Positions 47,557 to 57,211 of a DNA stretch of 64,000 bases are shown piece after piece. Position 1 is the first letter of the stretch; each line of letters begins with the position of its first letter. The DNA lies in IMG/VR virus record IMGVR_UViG_3300050821_002957, positions 341,632 to 405,631 of that record; one strand, given 5' to 3'. The translations under genes and the position numbers were made by a program. Under the pieces are notes generated by a model, which had not been told where the DNA came from, ran no database searches, and worked only from the letters and a program-made list of their open reading frames with translations.

Positions 47557-47864
47557 AAAAATTAATCGTCATTCTCATTGCCCTTCTTGTCGGCTGCACA
47601 TCTTCGCCACCGACAGATGATCATATCAGTGGTTTCAAACGTCGCTCACATACAGCGATTGCACATTTCAAGAAAGCACATCCCTGCCCTGCGAATGGTA
47701 ACGATCATGGCCCATGTCCAGGATACGTGATAGACCACATCAAACCACTCGATTGTGGCGGCGATGACGATCCCTCAAATATGCAGTGGCAGACGATTGA
47801 AGAGGGCAAGGCGAAGGATAAGTGGGAACGCAAGCAACTTGGCTGTCCTGGATTCTTGAAATGA
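47553..47864 (+). CDS. HNH-motif lipoprotein
   Basis: Lipobox LLVGC; GYVIDHIKPLDCGGDDDPSNMQWQ. Confidence 0.7.
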   Translation: MKKLIVILIALLVGCTSSPPTDDHISGFKRRSHTAIAHFKKAHPCPANGNDHGPCPGYVIDHIKPLDCGGDDDPSNMQWQTIEEGKAKDKWERKQLGCPGFLK

Positions 47865-48241
47865 AACTCTTTTGCACCAATTGCAATTTAAAACGAGAGA
47901 CACAAGACTGTTGGCGCACCGTCCCAGGACTGCACCAATTGAATATCTGGCAGTGTTCTGTCTGTTTTCATGAGATAGTCCAACCAATTTTGGTCGGGAA
48001 ATTGATCGACCGATCCTTTGACGATGCTTGCGACCAAAAATTTCAAATTGGAAGAGCAGAGCATGGTCCGGTCTTTCTTAACAATCCTTTAGAAGAGATT
48101 GACATGGAACTCATAGATGCGGTAAACTATTCAAATGAGGGTATTCGTCGAGGATACGACTCGGAAGCGTTGCAAGTCATTATTGCCAAGTTGAAGGAAG
48201 TAGATGCATTGGTGCGGGAGCTATATTTCGCATCAAAATGA
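47861..48241 (+). CDS. Zn-ribbon plus MazG-like helical protein
   Basis: CTNC..CSVC; EEIDMELIDAVNY. Confidence 0.5.
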   Translation: MKLFCTNCNLKRETQDCWRTVPGLHQLNIWQCSVCFHEIVQPILVGKLIDRSFDDACDQKFQIGRAEHGPVFLNNPLEEIDMELIDAVNYSNEGIRRGYDSEALQVIIAKLKEVDALVRELYFASK

Positions 48242-48289
48242 GATAAAAAATCTTTCAGGAAGGGCCATTTCAGACTACTAAATACTACT

Positions 48290-48970
48290 ATGACACGAAC
48301 GATGATACGTGTCGTACTATTCTTGTCTTTATTGATTGGATTGTGCGACATTGCCACCGCTGGTGCTCGTAAAGATTATGAAGGTAGTGCAGAGTGTGAA
48401 CGATCCTTGGAGGGGATTAACTCAGAGCACTTTCTTGATGCAAACAGAATCTATTATGAGGCCGATACAGGCTTGGTTATTTTGGTTACCAGTGACACTA
48501 GCAAAGCCACTGACTACATCATCAGACCACGCATACTCGAACTTATCCCGGCGAAGATAGGCAACAAGCTAACATTCGCTGCTGGGACCGACCCACGAAT
48601 AGAACAGGTTCGCCAGTTCTTAGAGAAACACAGATCGCCAGCCGCTAAGTACGCAGAGCTTTTCATTCAGGTTGCAGATGACAATGACCTGGATTGGAAG
48701 TTGCTGCCCATGTTGTCTTTCATTGAAACAGGCGGCGGCAGATACAAAAACAACAACAACATTTTCGGTTGGGACTCAGGTAGAAAGAAGTTCCACTCCG
48801 TCGAAGAAGGCATCCGATACGTCGGTCATGCTTTGCAAAGTGGTCCGTATAGAAACAAAACCTTGCTGCAAAAACTCAAGGTCTATAATACGTACAAACA
48901 CTATACAGGCGTGGCTTTACGAGTGATGAAACAGATTGAAAATACACCTGTAACTTTTCCTTCAGCTTGA
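48290..48970 (+). CDS. Signal-peptide-bearing lysozyme/glucosaminidase-like protein
   Basis: DWKLLPMLSFIETGGG, NNIFGW, YN; late motif upstream. Confidence 0.65.
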   Translation: MTRTMIRVVLFLSLLIGLCDIATAGARKDYEGSAECERSLEGINSEHFLDANRIYYEADTGLVILVTSDTSKATDYIIRPRILELIPAKIGNKLTFAAGTDPRIEQVRQFLEKHRSPAAKYAELFIQVADDNDLDWKLLPMLSFIETGGGRYKNNNNIFGWDSGRKKFHSVEEGIRYVGHALQSGPYRNKTLLQKLKVYNTYKHYTGVALRVMKQIENTPVTFPSA

Positions 48971-49006
48971 CGAATCTCTAAATCTCGGTATGATGAACAT
49001 TGCCGA

Positions 49007-49786
49007 ATGACGAGACGCCGAAAAGCATCGCCTACAAAAAAGACGACAGTTACATCAAGTCGATCCAAACAGACACCCTGGCCGTTCATATCCGAAGACG
49101 GCCCGGTCTCTGTTGCAATCTCTTACGTTGATGCGATACTGGACAAGATTCGTCTCAACAAGATCAAAGAATTTGACGCAGCCAGCATTACTCAATTGAA
49201 GTCTTTGACCACGGTAGAAATCAAATCTCTGAATCGGCAGTATGAATCCACCTTTGCTGCAATGAAAGAAGCAATCGGTGGAGATGCTTTTTGTCTCGAA
49301 GCCTACAATCATTTCACTAAGCCACAACTCAAAATCGCCGTCGAACATTTGAAACAAATCAAATCCCTCAAGCACGATGACTCCAGTAGCAAACTTCGTA
49401 AGGCAACCGTTCGTAAGAAAAAAGAAAAAGCGCCTACTCTCGTCGTCAAGAAAGTTCTGTACATGGAAAAAGATCCAGAGACCGGCGTTCAAGGTATCAA
49501 GCCAGAAGCTCTCGTCGGTGCTCAACAAATGTGGGTCTACAACACCAAGACCCGTAAACTTGGCTGCTACTACGCCAAGAACGACGCAGGACTCACCGCC
49601 AAGGGCACGACCATCCTCAACTACCACCCAGACAAGAGCACCGTTAAAACGCTCCGTAAGCCGAAAGAACAGCTTTGGAAATTTATTTCGGGCGGTCTGA
49701 AATTTTGGGATAGCATCAAAGCCGTGCCACAAGAAATTTCTCCCCGGCTCAATCGTGAAACTCTGATCCTCAAAGTTGCGTCTTGA
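49007..49786 (+). CDS. Conserved T4-like hypothetical protein
   Basis: VGAQQMWVYNTKTRKL, KGTTI, KTLRKP, RLN..TLILK. Confidence 0.75.
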   Translation: MTRRRKASPTKKTTVTSSRSKQTPWPFISEDGPVSVAISYVDAILDKIRLNKIKEFDAASITQLKSLTTVEIKSLNRQYESTFAAMKEAIGGDAFCLEAYNHFTKPQLKIAVEHLKQIKSLKHDDSSSKLRKATVRKKKEKAPTLVVKKVLYMEKDPETGVQGIKPEALVGAQQMWVYNTKTRKLGCYYAKNDAGLTAKGTTILNYHPDKSTVKTLRKPKEQLWKFISGGLKFWDSIKAVPQEISPRLNRETLILKVAS

Positions 49787-49817
49787 CAAGCAATTCTAAA
49801 GTAGGTACACTTACTTC

Positions 49818-50315
49818 ATGGTATTTGCAATGGACGAATTGGTGTACGCTCACGAAGAGCGATGGGAGAATGATTCTACGCCCGATTCGCATCTAGTTCT
49901 CCGTGAGACTCCAGCGTGGAAGGTCCGAAGCAATTGGGCCACAATCCAAGCGTTTCTGTACGATAAAAAGCTGAAGGACGAGATGATGCTCGCCCATCAC
50001 ATCGAAAATTACGATAATCAACTGGAGCCTCTGCCGCCGAAACCTCTTGAATCAAAATTCTGGAGAGATTTCAAAACGCTTTACGAACAAGCCGGTCTCT
50101 GGTTTTGTTTGGCGTTTCATCGTCCTCCCATGTACAGTCATGGCGACCTATATTCGACGTGTTATTGCGGTCGAAAATTTGCTGTTGCCTGGGCCGATCA
50201 ATCCAAAGTTCCGGCTGGCGTCTACACGCAAGTCCCTTTCGTCATGCCGACTGAGCGCACCATCCAACCAGAGGTTCGAGGCGCACACGCAACGTTGGTG
50301 TCCAATGCCCGTTAA
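49818..50315 (+). CDS. Hypothetical protein
   Basis: Follows TTGACA-17-TACACT-6-ATG. Confidence 0.55.
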   Translation: MVFAMDELVYAHEERWENDSTPDSHLVLRETPAWKVRSNWATIQAFLYDKKLKDEMMLAHHIENYDNQLEPLPPKPLESKFWRDFKTLYEQAGLWFCLAFHRPPMYSHGDLYSTCYCGRKFAVAWADQSKVPAGVYTQVPFVMPTERTIQPEVRGAHATLVSNAR

Positions 50316-50538
50316 GAAAAAAGGTCCTGGCGCACCGGAGTTAATGTTTCCGTCGAAGCCAATCATTCCGTATACCAAAGGCACATTGATGCGTGCGCTG
50401 CAAATGATGGACTGCTCCGACGACACTCCAATTCATCTATACGATTCAGAGTGGCAAGAATTGGAAGTGACTCATATTCGAGTGACGCAACATCCAATGA
50501 GAAAATACAAAATCATTTTGTTGGACGGTGAAGAATGA
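50305..50538 (+). CDS. Hypothetical protein
   Basis: Operonic ORF. Confidence 0.45.
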   Translation: MPVKKKGPGAPELMFPSKPIIPYTKGTLMRALQMMDCSDDTPIHLYDSEWQELEVTHIRVTQHPMRKYKIILLDGEE

Positions 50539-50744
50539 AGCCGTTAGTCACCATTACGACGAAACAGCAAATCGCTCACATCAAAGAAAATCAAAATTTA
50601 TTTGATGAACTGCATGGCTACCATCGGTCGGTGCAGGAATACTTCGATGATTACGATGCCGAATACGAAGATGAAAATGGCTTCGGCGGTCTTTACATCT
50701 GCATCTGCTCCGATCTTGAATTGAAACCCAGAGGCAAAAAGTGA
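50535..50744 (+). CDS. Hypothetical protein
   Basis: Operonic ORF. Confidence 0.45.
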   Translation: MKPLVTITTKQQIAHIKENQNLFDELHGYHRSVQEYFDDYDAEYEDENGFGGLYICICSDLELKPRGKK

Positions 50745-51085
50745 AACCGAAGCTCATTCAGTTGTATCAGGAGATGGCCGACTTGACTGAACCAAAGTGT
50801 CGTCAGTGTCGGGTGCCGCAGTCTTGCTGTAGCGCTGAATATTGTGCGATGGCTATAGAAATCGCCACAGAACACGGTGTGACGCTCCAGGTGACGACGC
50901 ATGACCGTTTGCCTCTGATGGGACCGACCGGCTGTACTGCGCCTCCCTGGACTCGTCCTCTCTGTACCTTCCACGTCTGCTCGATTAACAACATTGGGAT
51001 CGATGTCAAAGATCCAGTGTTTACGAAGGGTTACTTCAAGTTGAGAGAGAAAATCGAAAAGGAAGAATATGCTTCCAGAAGATGA
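50741..51085 (+). CDS. Cys-rich (CxxC..CC, metal cluster-like) protein
   Basis: CRQC..SCC...GC...RPLCTFHVC. Confidence 0.55.
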   Translation: MKPKLIQLYQEMADLTEPKCRQCRVPQSCCSAEYCAMAIEIATEHGVTLQVTTHDRLPLMGPTGCTAPPWTRPLCTFHVCSINNIGIDVKDPVFTKGYFKLREKIEKEEYASRR

Positions 51086-51434
51086 AGTGCTCGACGACGG
51101 CATCAAAATACTTTACGTCGATCAAACTGGTTTCATCATTAGAGCAGCCAACGGAAAAGAAGTTTTCGTCACACTGAACGTTCTCAACAAGATGAATGAG
51201 ATCGTCAGAAAAGACAAGAAAGTGAACGGAGAAATTATGCGAATGGAAAGTTTCACGTTTTCCGGCGAACCTACGTTTTACGGCGTTGGTGTAAACGGTT
51301 TTGTAGAATTCACCGGCCAAGAGTTAGCAACACTCCGACAGATCGCTCTTGAATGTTCCAACGGAGAGCGAGGCAATTATCCGCCCAACGAAGTAAAGTT
51401 GTACGAGATCACCATCCGAGAGATTGAAAAATGA
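51069..51434 (+). CDS. Hypothetical protein
   Basis: Operonic ORF. Confidence 0.5.
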   Translation: MLPEDEVLDDGIKILYVDQTGFIIRAANGKEVFVTLNVLNKMNEIVRKDKKVNGEIMRMESFTFSGEPTFYGVGVNGFVEFTGQELATLRQIALECSNGERGNYPPNEVKLYEITIREIEK

Positions 51435-51661
51435 CCAAACAAGAATGGAAAGAACTCGGTGTTGAGGAAGACGAAAAATATCTAATTAGAGCAATTCGCA
51501 CCCATCTTTTGTCACCTGTGCAACGCCAAGCACTGTTCGACCGGGACCTCAACATCGATGACCTGTTGACTGGGAACTTTGGTGAAAAAGATGAATCCTT
51601 CGTCCAAACTACTCTCAAAGAATGGAACAAGACACTTGGATGGCGTGAGTTTGGATTTTAA
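51431..51661 (+). CDS. Hypothetical protein
   Basis: Operonic ORF. Confidence 0.45.
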   Translation: MTKQEWKELGVEEDEKYLIRAIRTHLLSPVQRQALFDRDLNIDDLLTGNFGEKDESFVQTTLKEWNKTLGWREFGF

Positions 51662-51708
51662 TGTACTGACTAGACAAATTTGAAATCCGTGGGATCATGT
51701 TTTACAGC

Positions 51709-52635
51709 ATGATTCTCATAGATTATTCCCAGATCGCCGTCAGCAACCTGCACCAACAATTGAAGGGCGGCAAGAGTCGGGGTCCAGCGCATTACGAACG
51801 GTACAACAGCTTCGGGATTCCTACTACAAACACTGAAGACATCGAAGATCCTGGTGGCATTATCAAACCAGATTTGCTTCGGCACATGATTCTCAATTCG
51901 ATTCGCCGGGTCAATCGAGAATTTGGTGCCAAGTACGGCCAGATCGTCATTTGCACCGATAATCAGTCCTATTGGCGCAAGGGAGTCTTCAAACATTACA
52001 AAGCCAACAGGAAGAAGACTCGTGACTCTTCTGACATCGATTGGAAGCTCTTCTTTGAAATTTTGTACCAGCTACGTGACGAGATCAAGGAAACATTCCC
52101 ATACAAGGTCATGAATGTTCCGCTCGCCGAAGCTGACGATGTGATCGGTGTCGTCACCAAGCATTTTCATCAGCAAGAGAAGATCCTCATTCTTTCAGGC
52201 GACAAAGATTTCATGCAATTACAGGTCTATCCGAACGTCGAACAATACAGCCCCACCAAGAACGAATTCATGAAGACCAACGAGCCAGAGCTTTTCCTTC
52301 GTGAACACATTTTGCGTGGTGATGTCGGTGACGGTGTTCCGAATTACTTGAGTCCCGATGATGTCTTTGTTACGGGCGGCAGACAGAAACCCATGATCAC
52401 TACCAAGGTCGATGTCTGGGTTCATCAGCAACCATCGGAATTTTGTGACGAAACCACGATCAAGAATTATGAGCGCAATAGGAAGCTGGTGGACTTGAAA
52501 GAAATTCCGGCTGATGTCCAGGAAGCGATCCTCAAAGAGTTTGCGCTGCCCATCATCGGAAATACCAACAAAATTTATAGCTATCTGATCAAGCATCGGA
52601 TGAGAAATTTATTGGAGTTGATCAGAGAATTTTGA
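51709..52635 (+). CDS. rnh: T4-type RNase H (5'-3' flap exonuclease)
   Basis: ILIDYSQ, YWRK..YKANR, EADD, SGDKDF.QL, GDVGDGVPN. Confidence 0.95.
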   Translation: MILIDYSQIAVSNLHQQLKGGKSRGPAHYERYNSFGIPTTNTEDIEDPGGIIKPDLLRHMILNSIRRVNREFGAKYGQIVICTDNQSYWRKGVFKHYKANRKKTRDSSDIDWKLFFEILYQLRDEIKETFPYKVMNVPLAEADDVIGVVTKHFHQQEKILILSGDKDFMQLQVYPNVEQYSPTKNEFMKTNEPELFLREHILRGDVGDGVPNYLSPDDVFVTGGRQKPMITTKVDVWVHQQPSEFCDETTIKNYERNRKLVDLKEIPADVQEAILKEFALPIIGNTNKIYSYLIKHRMRNLLELIREF

Positions 52636-52940
52636 GACTAAAAACCGATTGGCGCACGAAAGATGCAGTGCTCGCAGAGTGGGCCTATTACGTCTACCTG
52701 AATCGTATTGCAAATGGTATCCCTGGTGATGCGGTTTCTGATTGGTTTCAAGCGGAGCAAAATTATGAAGATGCTTGTGAGAAAAGTAGAATAGAAATGA
52801 TAGCTATCTTATGGGAAGAAATTCAAAGAGAGTTTTTGGAGAGGACTATGAGATGCTCAAAATGTGGCGGCGAGATCGTCGAGGACAACCTGATGTGGTG
52901 GTGTAAGAAGTGCGGAAAAGGCGGCGGCGCTAATCAATAA
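52632..52940 (+). CDS. DUF2934-like domain plus Zn ribbon
   Basis: AYYVYLNR...GDAVSDWFQAE; CSKC..CKKC. Confidence 0.55.
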   Translation: MRLKTDWRTKDAVLAEWAYYVYLNRIANGIPGDAVSDWFQAEQNYEDACEKSRIEMIAILWEEIQREFLERTMRCSKCGGEIVEDNLMWWCKKCGKGGGANQ

Positions 52941-52958
52941 CTGAGATATATACTTATC

Positions 52959-53369
52959 ATGGCAAGAAAATTATTTTCTCAAATCCTTACAGAAGTTCAA
53001 GAGGCACACGAAGACGACAAATCACTCGTGCTTCAGCAGAACGACAATCCAATGGTGCGTCAACTTCTTTTGGCGACCTTCGATCCGGCAGTAAAATTTG
53101 ATGTAGTGGTTCCAGAGTATCGTGAAAACACGGAAACCGATGGCTACTCGTCAAACAGCTTGTACGTAGAGTATCGTCGGCTCTATATTTTCATGGAGGC
53201 GTACAAGAAGATCGCTCCTGGACGGAAGAGCACTTTGTTAGCACAGATCCTCGAATCCATTGATGTTTCTGATGCACCATGTCTCATTGAAGTGATCAAC
53301 AAAGACCTCAGCAAGTATGGTCTCACCAAAGAGATCGTCAACGAAGCGTTTCCAGGACTGATCAAATGA
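52959..53369 (+). CDS. Conserved T4-like hypothetical protein
   Basis: EYRRLYIF, QILESI, GLTKEIVNEAFPGLI; adjacent to rnh. Confidence 0.75.
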   Translation: MARKLFSQILTEVQEAHEDDKSLVLQQNDNPMVRQLLLATFDPAVKFDVVVPEYRENTETDGYSSNSLYVEYRRLYIFMEAYKKIAPGRKSTLLAQILESIDVSDAPCLIEVINKDLSKYGLTKEIVNEAFPGLIK

Positions 53370-53540
53370 ATCTAACATACCAAATCATCAATATCAAACT
53401 GGAAGATAACCAAATTTGGTACACACTCAAGAAGTTGACAGATTCCAGCACTCGTATATGGGGGTCCATGCAAAACACCAATGCCGGTCCAGATTGGAGA
53501 ACAAGTTGAAGTTGGTGTGATAAACGTGATAAACTGAAGC

Positions 53541-54209
53541 ATGGGTAAGCGTACACACGAGTTTTATATTAGTATCGACATCGAAGCGAACGGGCCGTGT
53601 CCTGGCGTGCATTCGATGTTGCAATTTGGAGCAGTCTTCTACGACCCGAACGGTGTGGTGCTGGAAGAGTATTGCGCCAATATTCACGAGATCGAAGGCG
53701 GCATCGAAGATCCTGACACAATGAAATGGTGGGCCGAACAGGAAGTTAAAAATCCTGGTCTCTGGGCGTCCATGCGAGAGAATTTGGTCACGCCGAAATA
53801 TGCAATGGCTATGTTTGACAGCTTAGTCAGGAAGTACATGGTGGTTTTAAATTGTGCTCCACTGGTAGTCGCATACCCGGCTGGCTACGATTTCACTTGG
53901 CTCTATTACTATCTCTGCAAGTACATGGGAAAATCGGTCGTCGGTTTCTCGGCGCTGGACATGAAGACGATGGCAATGACGATCATCCAGAAGCGCTTCC
54001 ACGATTCGTCAAAGGCACGGTTTCCACGCTCCTGGTTCGATCCCAAATTGAAACACACTCACAATGCCCTGGACGATGCACGAGGCCAAGGGTACACGTT
54101 CTTTCAAATGAAACAGGCATTGGAAGACATTTGGGAAGTGCTCGGCCAAAGTGGAAACGAATGGGCCAATACCAAATACGCCAAAGTCCACAGTGACAAA
54201 AGTGAATAG
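53541..54209 (+). CDS. DEDDh 3'-5' exonuclease (second paralog)
   Basis: SIDIEANGP, AGYDF, HTHNALDDA. Confidence 0.85.
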   Translation: MGKRTHEFYISIDIEANGPCPGVHSMLQFGAVFYDPNGVVLEEYCANIHEIEGGIEDPDTMKWWAEQEVKNPGLWASMRENLVTPKYAMAMFDSLVRKYMVVLNCAPLVVAYPAGYDFTWLYYYLCKYMGKSVVGFSALDMKTMAMTIIQKRFHDSSKARFPRSWFDPKLKHTHNALDDARGQGYTFFQMKQALEDIWEVLGQSGNEWANTKYAKVHSDKSE

Positions 54210-54221
54210 CTAAGTAGTGGC

Positions 54222-54401
54222 ATGGATTTAATTACAGTATTACTTACGTTGGTCATTTGTGGAGTAGCCGTCTACTTGATTGAACGATTTGTTCCGATGG
54301 CTGAACCGTTCAAGACAATTTTTCGAGTTGTCATTGTGATTGCTTTTGTCATCTATTTGCTCAAACTGATTGGCTACAACGTTCCCTTACATTTGCATTA
54401 A
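54222..54401 (+). CDS. Small two-TM membrane protein (Thivi_2564-like)
   Basis: Below the track cutoff: MDLITVLLTLVICGVAVYLIERFVPMAEPFKTIFRVVIVIAFVIYLL; CTAAGTA upstream. Confidence 0.65.
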   Translation: MDLITVLLTLVICGVAVYLIERFVPMAEPFKTIFRVVIVIAFVIYLLKLIGYNVPLHLH

Positions 54402-54497
54402 AGCAATTGGATATCACAATAGTTCCTTTACACTCAGTAGTTTGCAGTGGGTTTCGTGGTCCCTCTAAATACTCCCTCAAAGAGTGCGGAGGGGCCA

Positions 54498-54968
54498 ATG
54501 ATTCTGGAACAATTAAAAGTTCGAGTTAAAGGAAAAGTTGTAAAGGCTTTCAAAAAGGCCGCAAAAGAAGCATTTCCCAAAGAAACTCTTGCGTACATGC
54601 TCGGCACCATTCGTGGTAAGAATTTGACCATCGAAAGCCTTTATTTCCCACCAGATGTCGATGAGCATTGCACTGCCAAAGCAGTTTTTGTCCAAAAAAG
54701 TTGGGTGAAGGCAGCAAAAAAAGAAGCAAAAACTATGGGCCTGGAAGTGGTCGGCGACATCCATAGTCATCCTTACGAATGGTCGGCGCTCAAATCCATC
54801 AAAACTGGTTGTCCTCTCCCGGATGCAGCACCATCGGAAAGCGATTGGGATTCTGAATCGGTCGGTCTTGTCGGTATTTGTCTGGTCAAAGAGCAAAAAG
54901 GCGGCAAGAAAATTGCAAGAGTCAAATTTTTCGCTCCTATGCTTCCGCAAGTCGCAGTAATCGAATAG
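54498..54968 (+). CDS. JAB/MPN+ (JAMM) metalloprotease
   Basis: PKET..YMLG, GDIHSHP...PSESD; GGAGG RBS; late motif upstream. Confidence 0.8.
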   Translation: MILEQLKVRVKGKVVKAFKKAAKEAFPKETLAYMLGTIRGKNLTIESLYFPPDVDEHCTAKAVFVQKSWVKAAKKEAKTMGLEVVGDIHSHPYEWSALKSIKTGCPLPDAAPSESDWDSESVGLVGICLVKEQKGGKKIARVKFFAPMLPQVAVIE

Positions 54969-54986
54969 TTTGAGCTAAATACGTAC

Positions 54987-56363
54987 ATGGATATCAATCG
55001 CCTACCAGATCCGGCACCGCAGCAACCACTCCAGCCACTTCAATGGACTTGGATTGTACAGCGACACGAAACACCGGATGCGAAAGCCAATTCAATTTGG
55101 AAGTTTGGTTTTATCGCTCCTGATGGTGCAGAAGTACGAGTTACCTTCCATCAAGTTGGTGATAATGTAGAAGCTCTCGACCAACAAAAAGAACAGCAGA
55201 AACAGCAGGCCGCATCTTCCGCAGCAGCGATGGGAATGCCGCCGTCTTCGGACCCTACTGACTTTGCACCACCGGGCCAACCAAATACAGATGCAACTGA
55301 AGATGCAACATATTACGTAACATTCTTCTCAAATCGATCTCCAGAGTTTTTTATGAAGTGGGACACGAGCTTGTCACACGAAGATTCACTCATTACTTGG
55401 ATTACGATTACACACGGCATTATTGATTTCGTCCGTAAAGCAAAACCAGCGAATGTGATTTTAGACGATCTTTCAAATGGAAAAATGAAGATGGTCCTTC
55501 GTTCCGTCGCAATGGATGTCGCCGCATCGAATCCAGAATACCAGTTAGAACAGACACAAAAACATCATTATCGTAGTTTTTTTCAAATCAAAAAAGTTGG
55601 TGTTCAATCAGCATTTCAAAACACAGTCCAAGGAACAGGCCGGGAAGGTGAAACACAACAGCCTGGACAAAATCAGCAGCCACAAGCTACGCCGCAACCG
55701 GGCCAAGATGCACAGACGCCGCCAGGACAGCAACCACCAGAGCAAAGCAACGCATTCCAGTCTGGTGACGTTCATACGAAGCCACAGGACAGCGACAATG
55801 GTGTCTCTGCCGACAGCAGCCCTGCACCTGGAGATCAACCAGCATTTCCTTCACATGAACCTGTGCAGATCAAACAGACGCCGGTTCAGAAGAAAGGTCT
55901 GTCCGTAGAAATTGGAATGAATGACTATTCGGTCGCCATCAAGAATAAAGAAGGCGATGCGATTGATCGTTATCGTGCAAAGGGACCAGCCGACATTCTC
56001 CGTTGGATCAATGAAAAAGGCTACGGCTCGAATCCAATGAAAATCGTAGATCGTGAGATGCCTTCGTACACAATCAAACCGAAGATCATTCTCGCTCGAA
56101 CCCCGGCGACGGACTCGACAGTCAAGCCGGTCACTGGAAGTGCGCTCGGTGTGCAGGAAGAAATCGTTGTCGCCGGAAATTCAGTCCGAATAATGAAAAT
56201 CATTCCTGCAAAACAAGCAGCAATGATGAACTATCTCATAAATGCAACCGAAGTAAAATGCACAAACGAAGCGGTCGAATTCGTTTTTGAAACCGATAAG
56301 GACATGAACTTCAAACGTGCCATCGTCGAACTTGCTTACGCTCAGTTAAACCTTCGAGACTGA
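54987..56363 (+). CDS. Late Gln/Pro-rich hypothetical protein
   Basis: CTAAATA 5 nt upstream of the ATG; low-complexity linkers. Confidence 0.6.
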   Translation: MDINRLPDPAPQQPLQPLQWTWIVQRHETPDAKANSIWKFGFIAPDGAEVRVTFHQVGDNVEALDQQKEQQKQQAASSAAAMGMPPSSDPTDFAPPGQPNTDATEDATYYVTFFSNRSPEFFMKWDTSLSHEDSLITWITITHGIIDFVRKAKPANVILDDLSNGKMKMVLRSVAMDVAASNPEYQLEQTQKHHYRSFFQIKKVGVQSAFQNTVQGTGREGETQQPGQNQQPQATPQPGQDAQTPPGQQPPEQSNAFQSGDVHTKPQDSDNGVSADSSPAPGDQPAFPSHEPVQIKQTPVQKKGLSVEIGMNDYSVAIKNKEGDAIDRYRAKGPADILRWINEKGYGSNPMKIVDREMPSYTIKPKIILARTPATDSTVKPVTGSALGVQEEIVVAGNSVRIMKIIPAKQAAMMNYLINATEVKCTNEAVEFVFETDKDMNFKRAIVELAYAQLNLRD

Positions 56364-56585
56364 ACGAGAATATTCCTTCATAGCCACACTCACTTTTGCC
56401 AACGTCCAGTAAGATGATGGCTCATAGGAAAATTCCAAAACCAAAGTATGGTATCCGTGAACAGTTTGACTGATGGCGCATTCACGCCGTAGCTCTCCGA
56501 GGCTAAACGTGATCCATTCCCAACGTTCGTGCCATTGGTTGGCATCCATCGAAGTTCCAATCATTGAAACAAAAATGTCGATCAT
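56346..56585 (-). CDS. Hypothetical protein
   Basis: Follows the upstream minus-strand gene. Confidence 0.4.
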   Translation of the reverse strand: MIDIFVSMIGTSMDANQWHERWEWITFSLGELRRECAISQTVHGYHTLVLEFSYEPSSYWTLAKVSVAMKEYSRSVSKV

Positions 56586-56596
56586 AATTTTTCATT

Positions 56597-57055
56597 TCAT
56601 CGTGCTAATGGACACGGCGATTTGAACTTCAGAAACGCCTGCTCCCACGGAGTGTATAACGAAACCAAAGTTCTATCGGTTGTGGACCAGAGAACCTCAG
56701 GAGTTTGTAATACACGACCAGCAGTATTAGCTATGTCGTCGTACAGGCGCTCAGGGATGACGATGCCGATGCTCGATACCGCATAGTTCATACCCGGCTC
56801 ACGGAACAATGCACACGGATAGGGATTGTTCTCGTCCAAAAACAACGTCGCAAATGCATCCGACAAAGCCTTGTGATCACCGGCATGAAGGATGATGGTC
56901 GTCTTGTGGTTCCGAACGAAATCCACCATCGTAGCAAATTGAGCACTTGCCGTGTTTTTGGTCACGCTTGCCCAGATCTCATCCTTGGCGTGATCGGCCT
57001 GAATTCCATTGTGGATACCAGCCCAGTACATGTTGTTGAATGCGTAGAATCTCAT
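56597..57055 (-). CDS. PTH2 (peptidyl-tRNA hydrolase II)-like phage protein
   Basis: GIQADHA, KTTIILHAG, FREP. Confidence 0.5.
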   Translation of the reverse strand: MRFYAFNNMYWAGIHNGIQADHAKDEIWASVTKNTASAQFATMVDFVRNHKTTIILHAGDHKALSDAFATLFLDENNPYPCALFREPGMNYAVSSIGIVIPERLYDDIANTAGRVLQTPEVLWSTTDRTLVSLYTPWEQAFLKFKSPCPLAR

Positions 57056-57211
57056 GTCGAAAACCAGAATAACACACACCAGTTCTCAATGTCAAGATGC
57101 ATCTAATTGAAATGTGAATCAACCAGTAGATGGAACATGTGCTGGGTCATCCAATCGCTGAAGAAAATTTTCGATTCCAGACATACGCCAATAGTATGCT
57201 ATGATGGTGAC

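Noticed and set aside
50733-50744. C-AAA-AAG-TGA as another frameshift site
   Set aside because: Explained by an ordinary GTGA stop/start overlap with the next gene.
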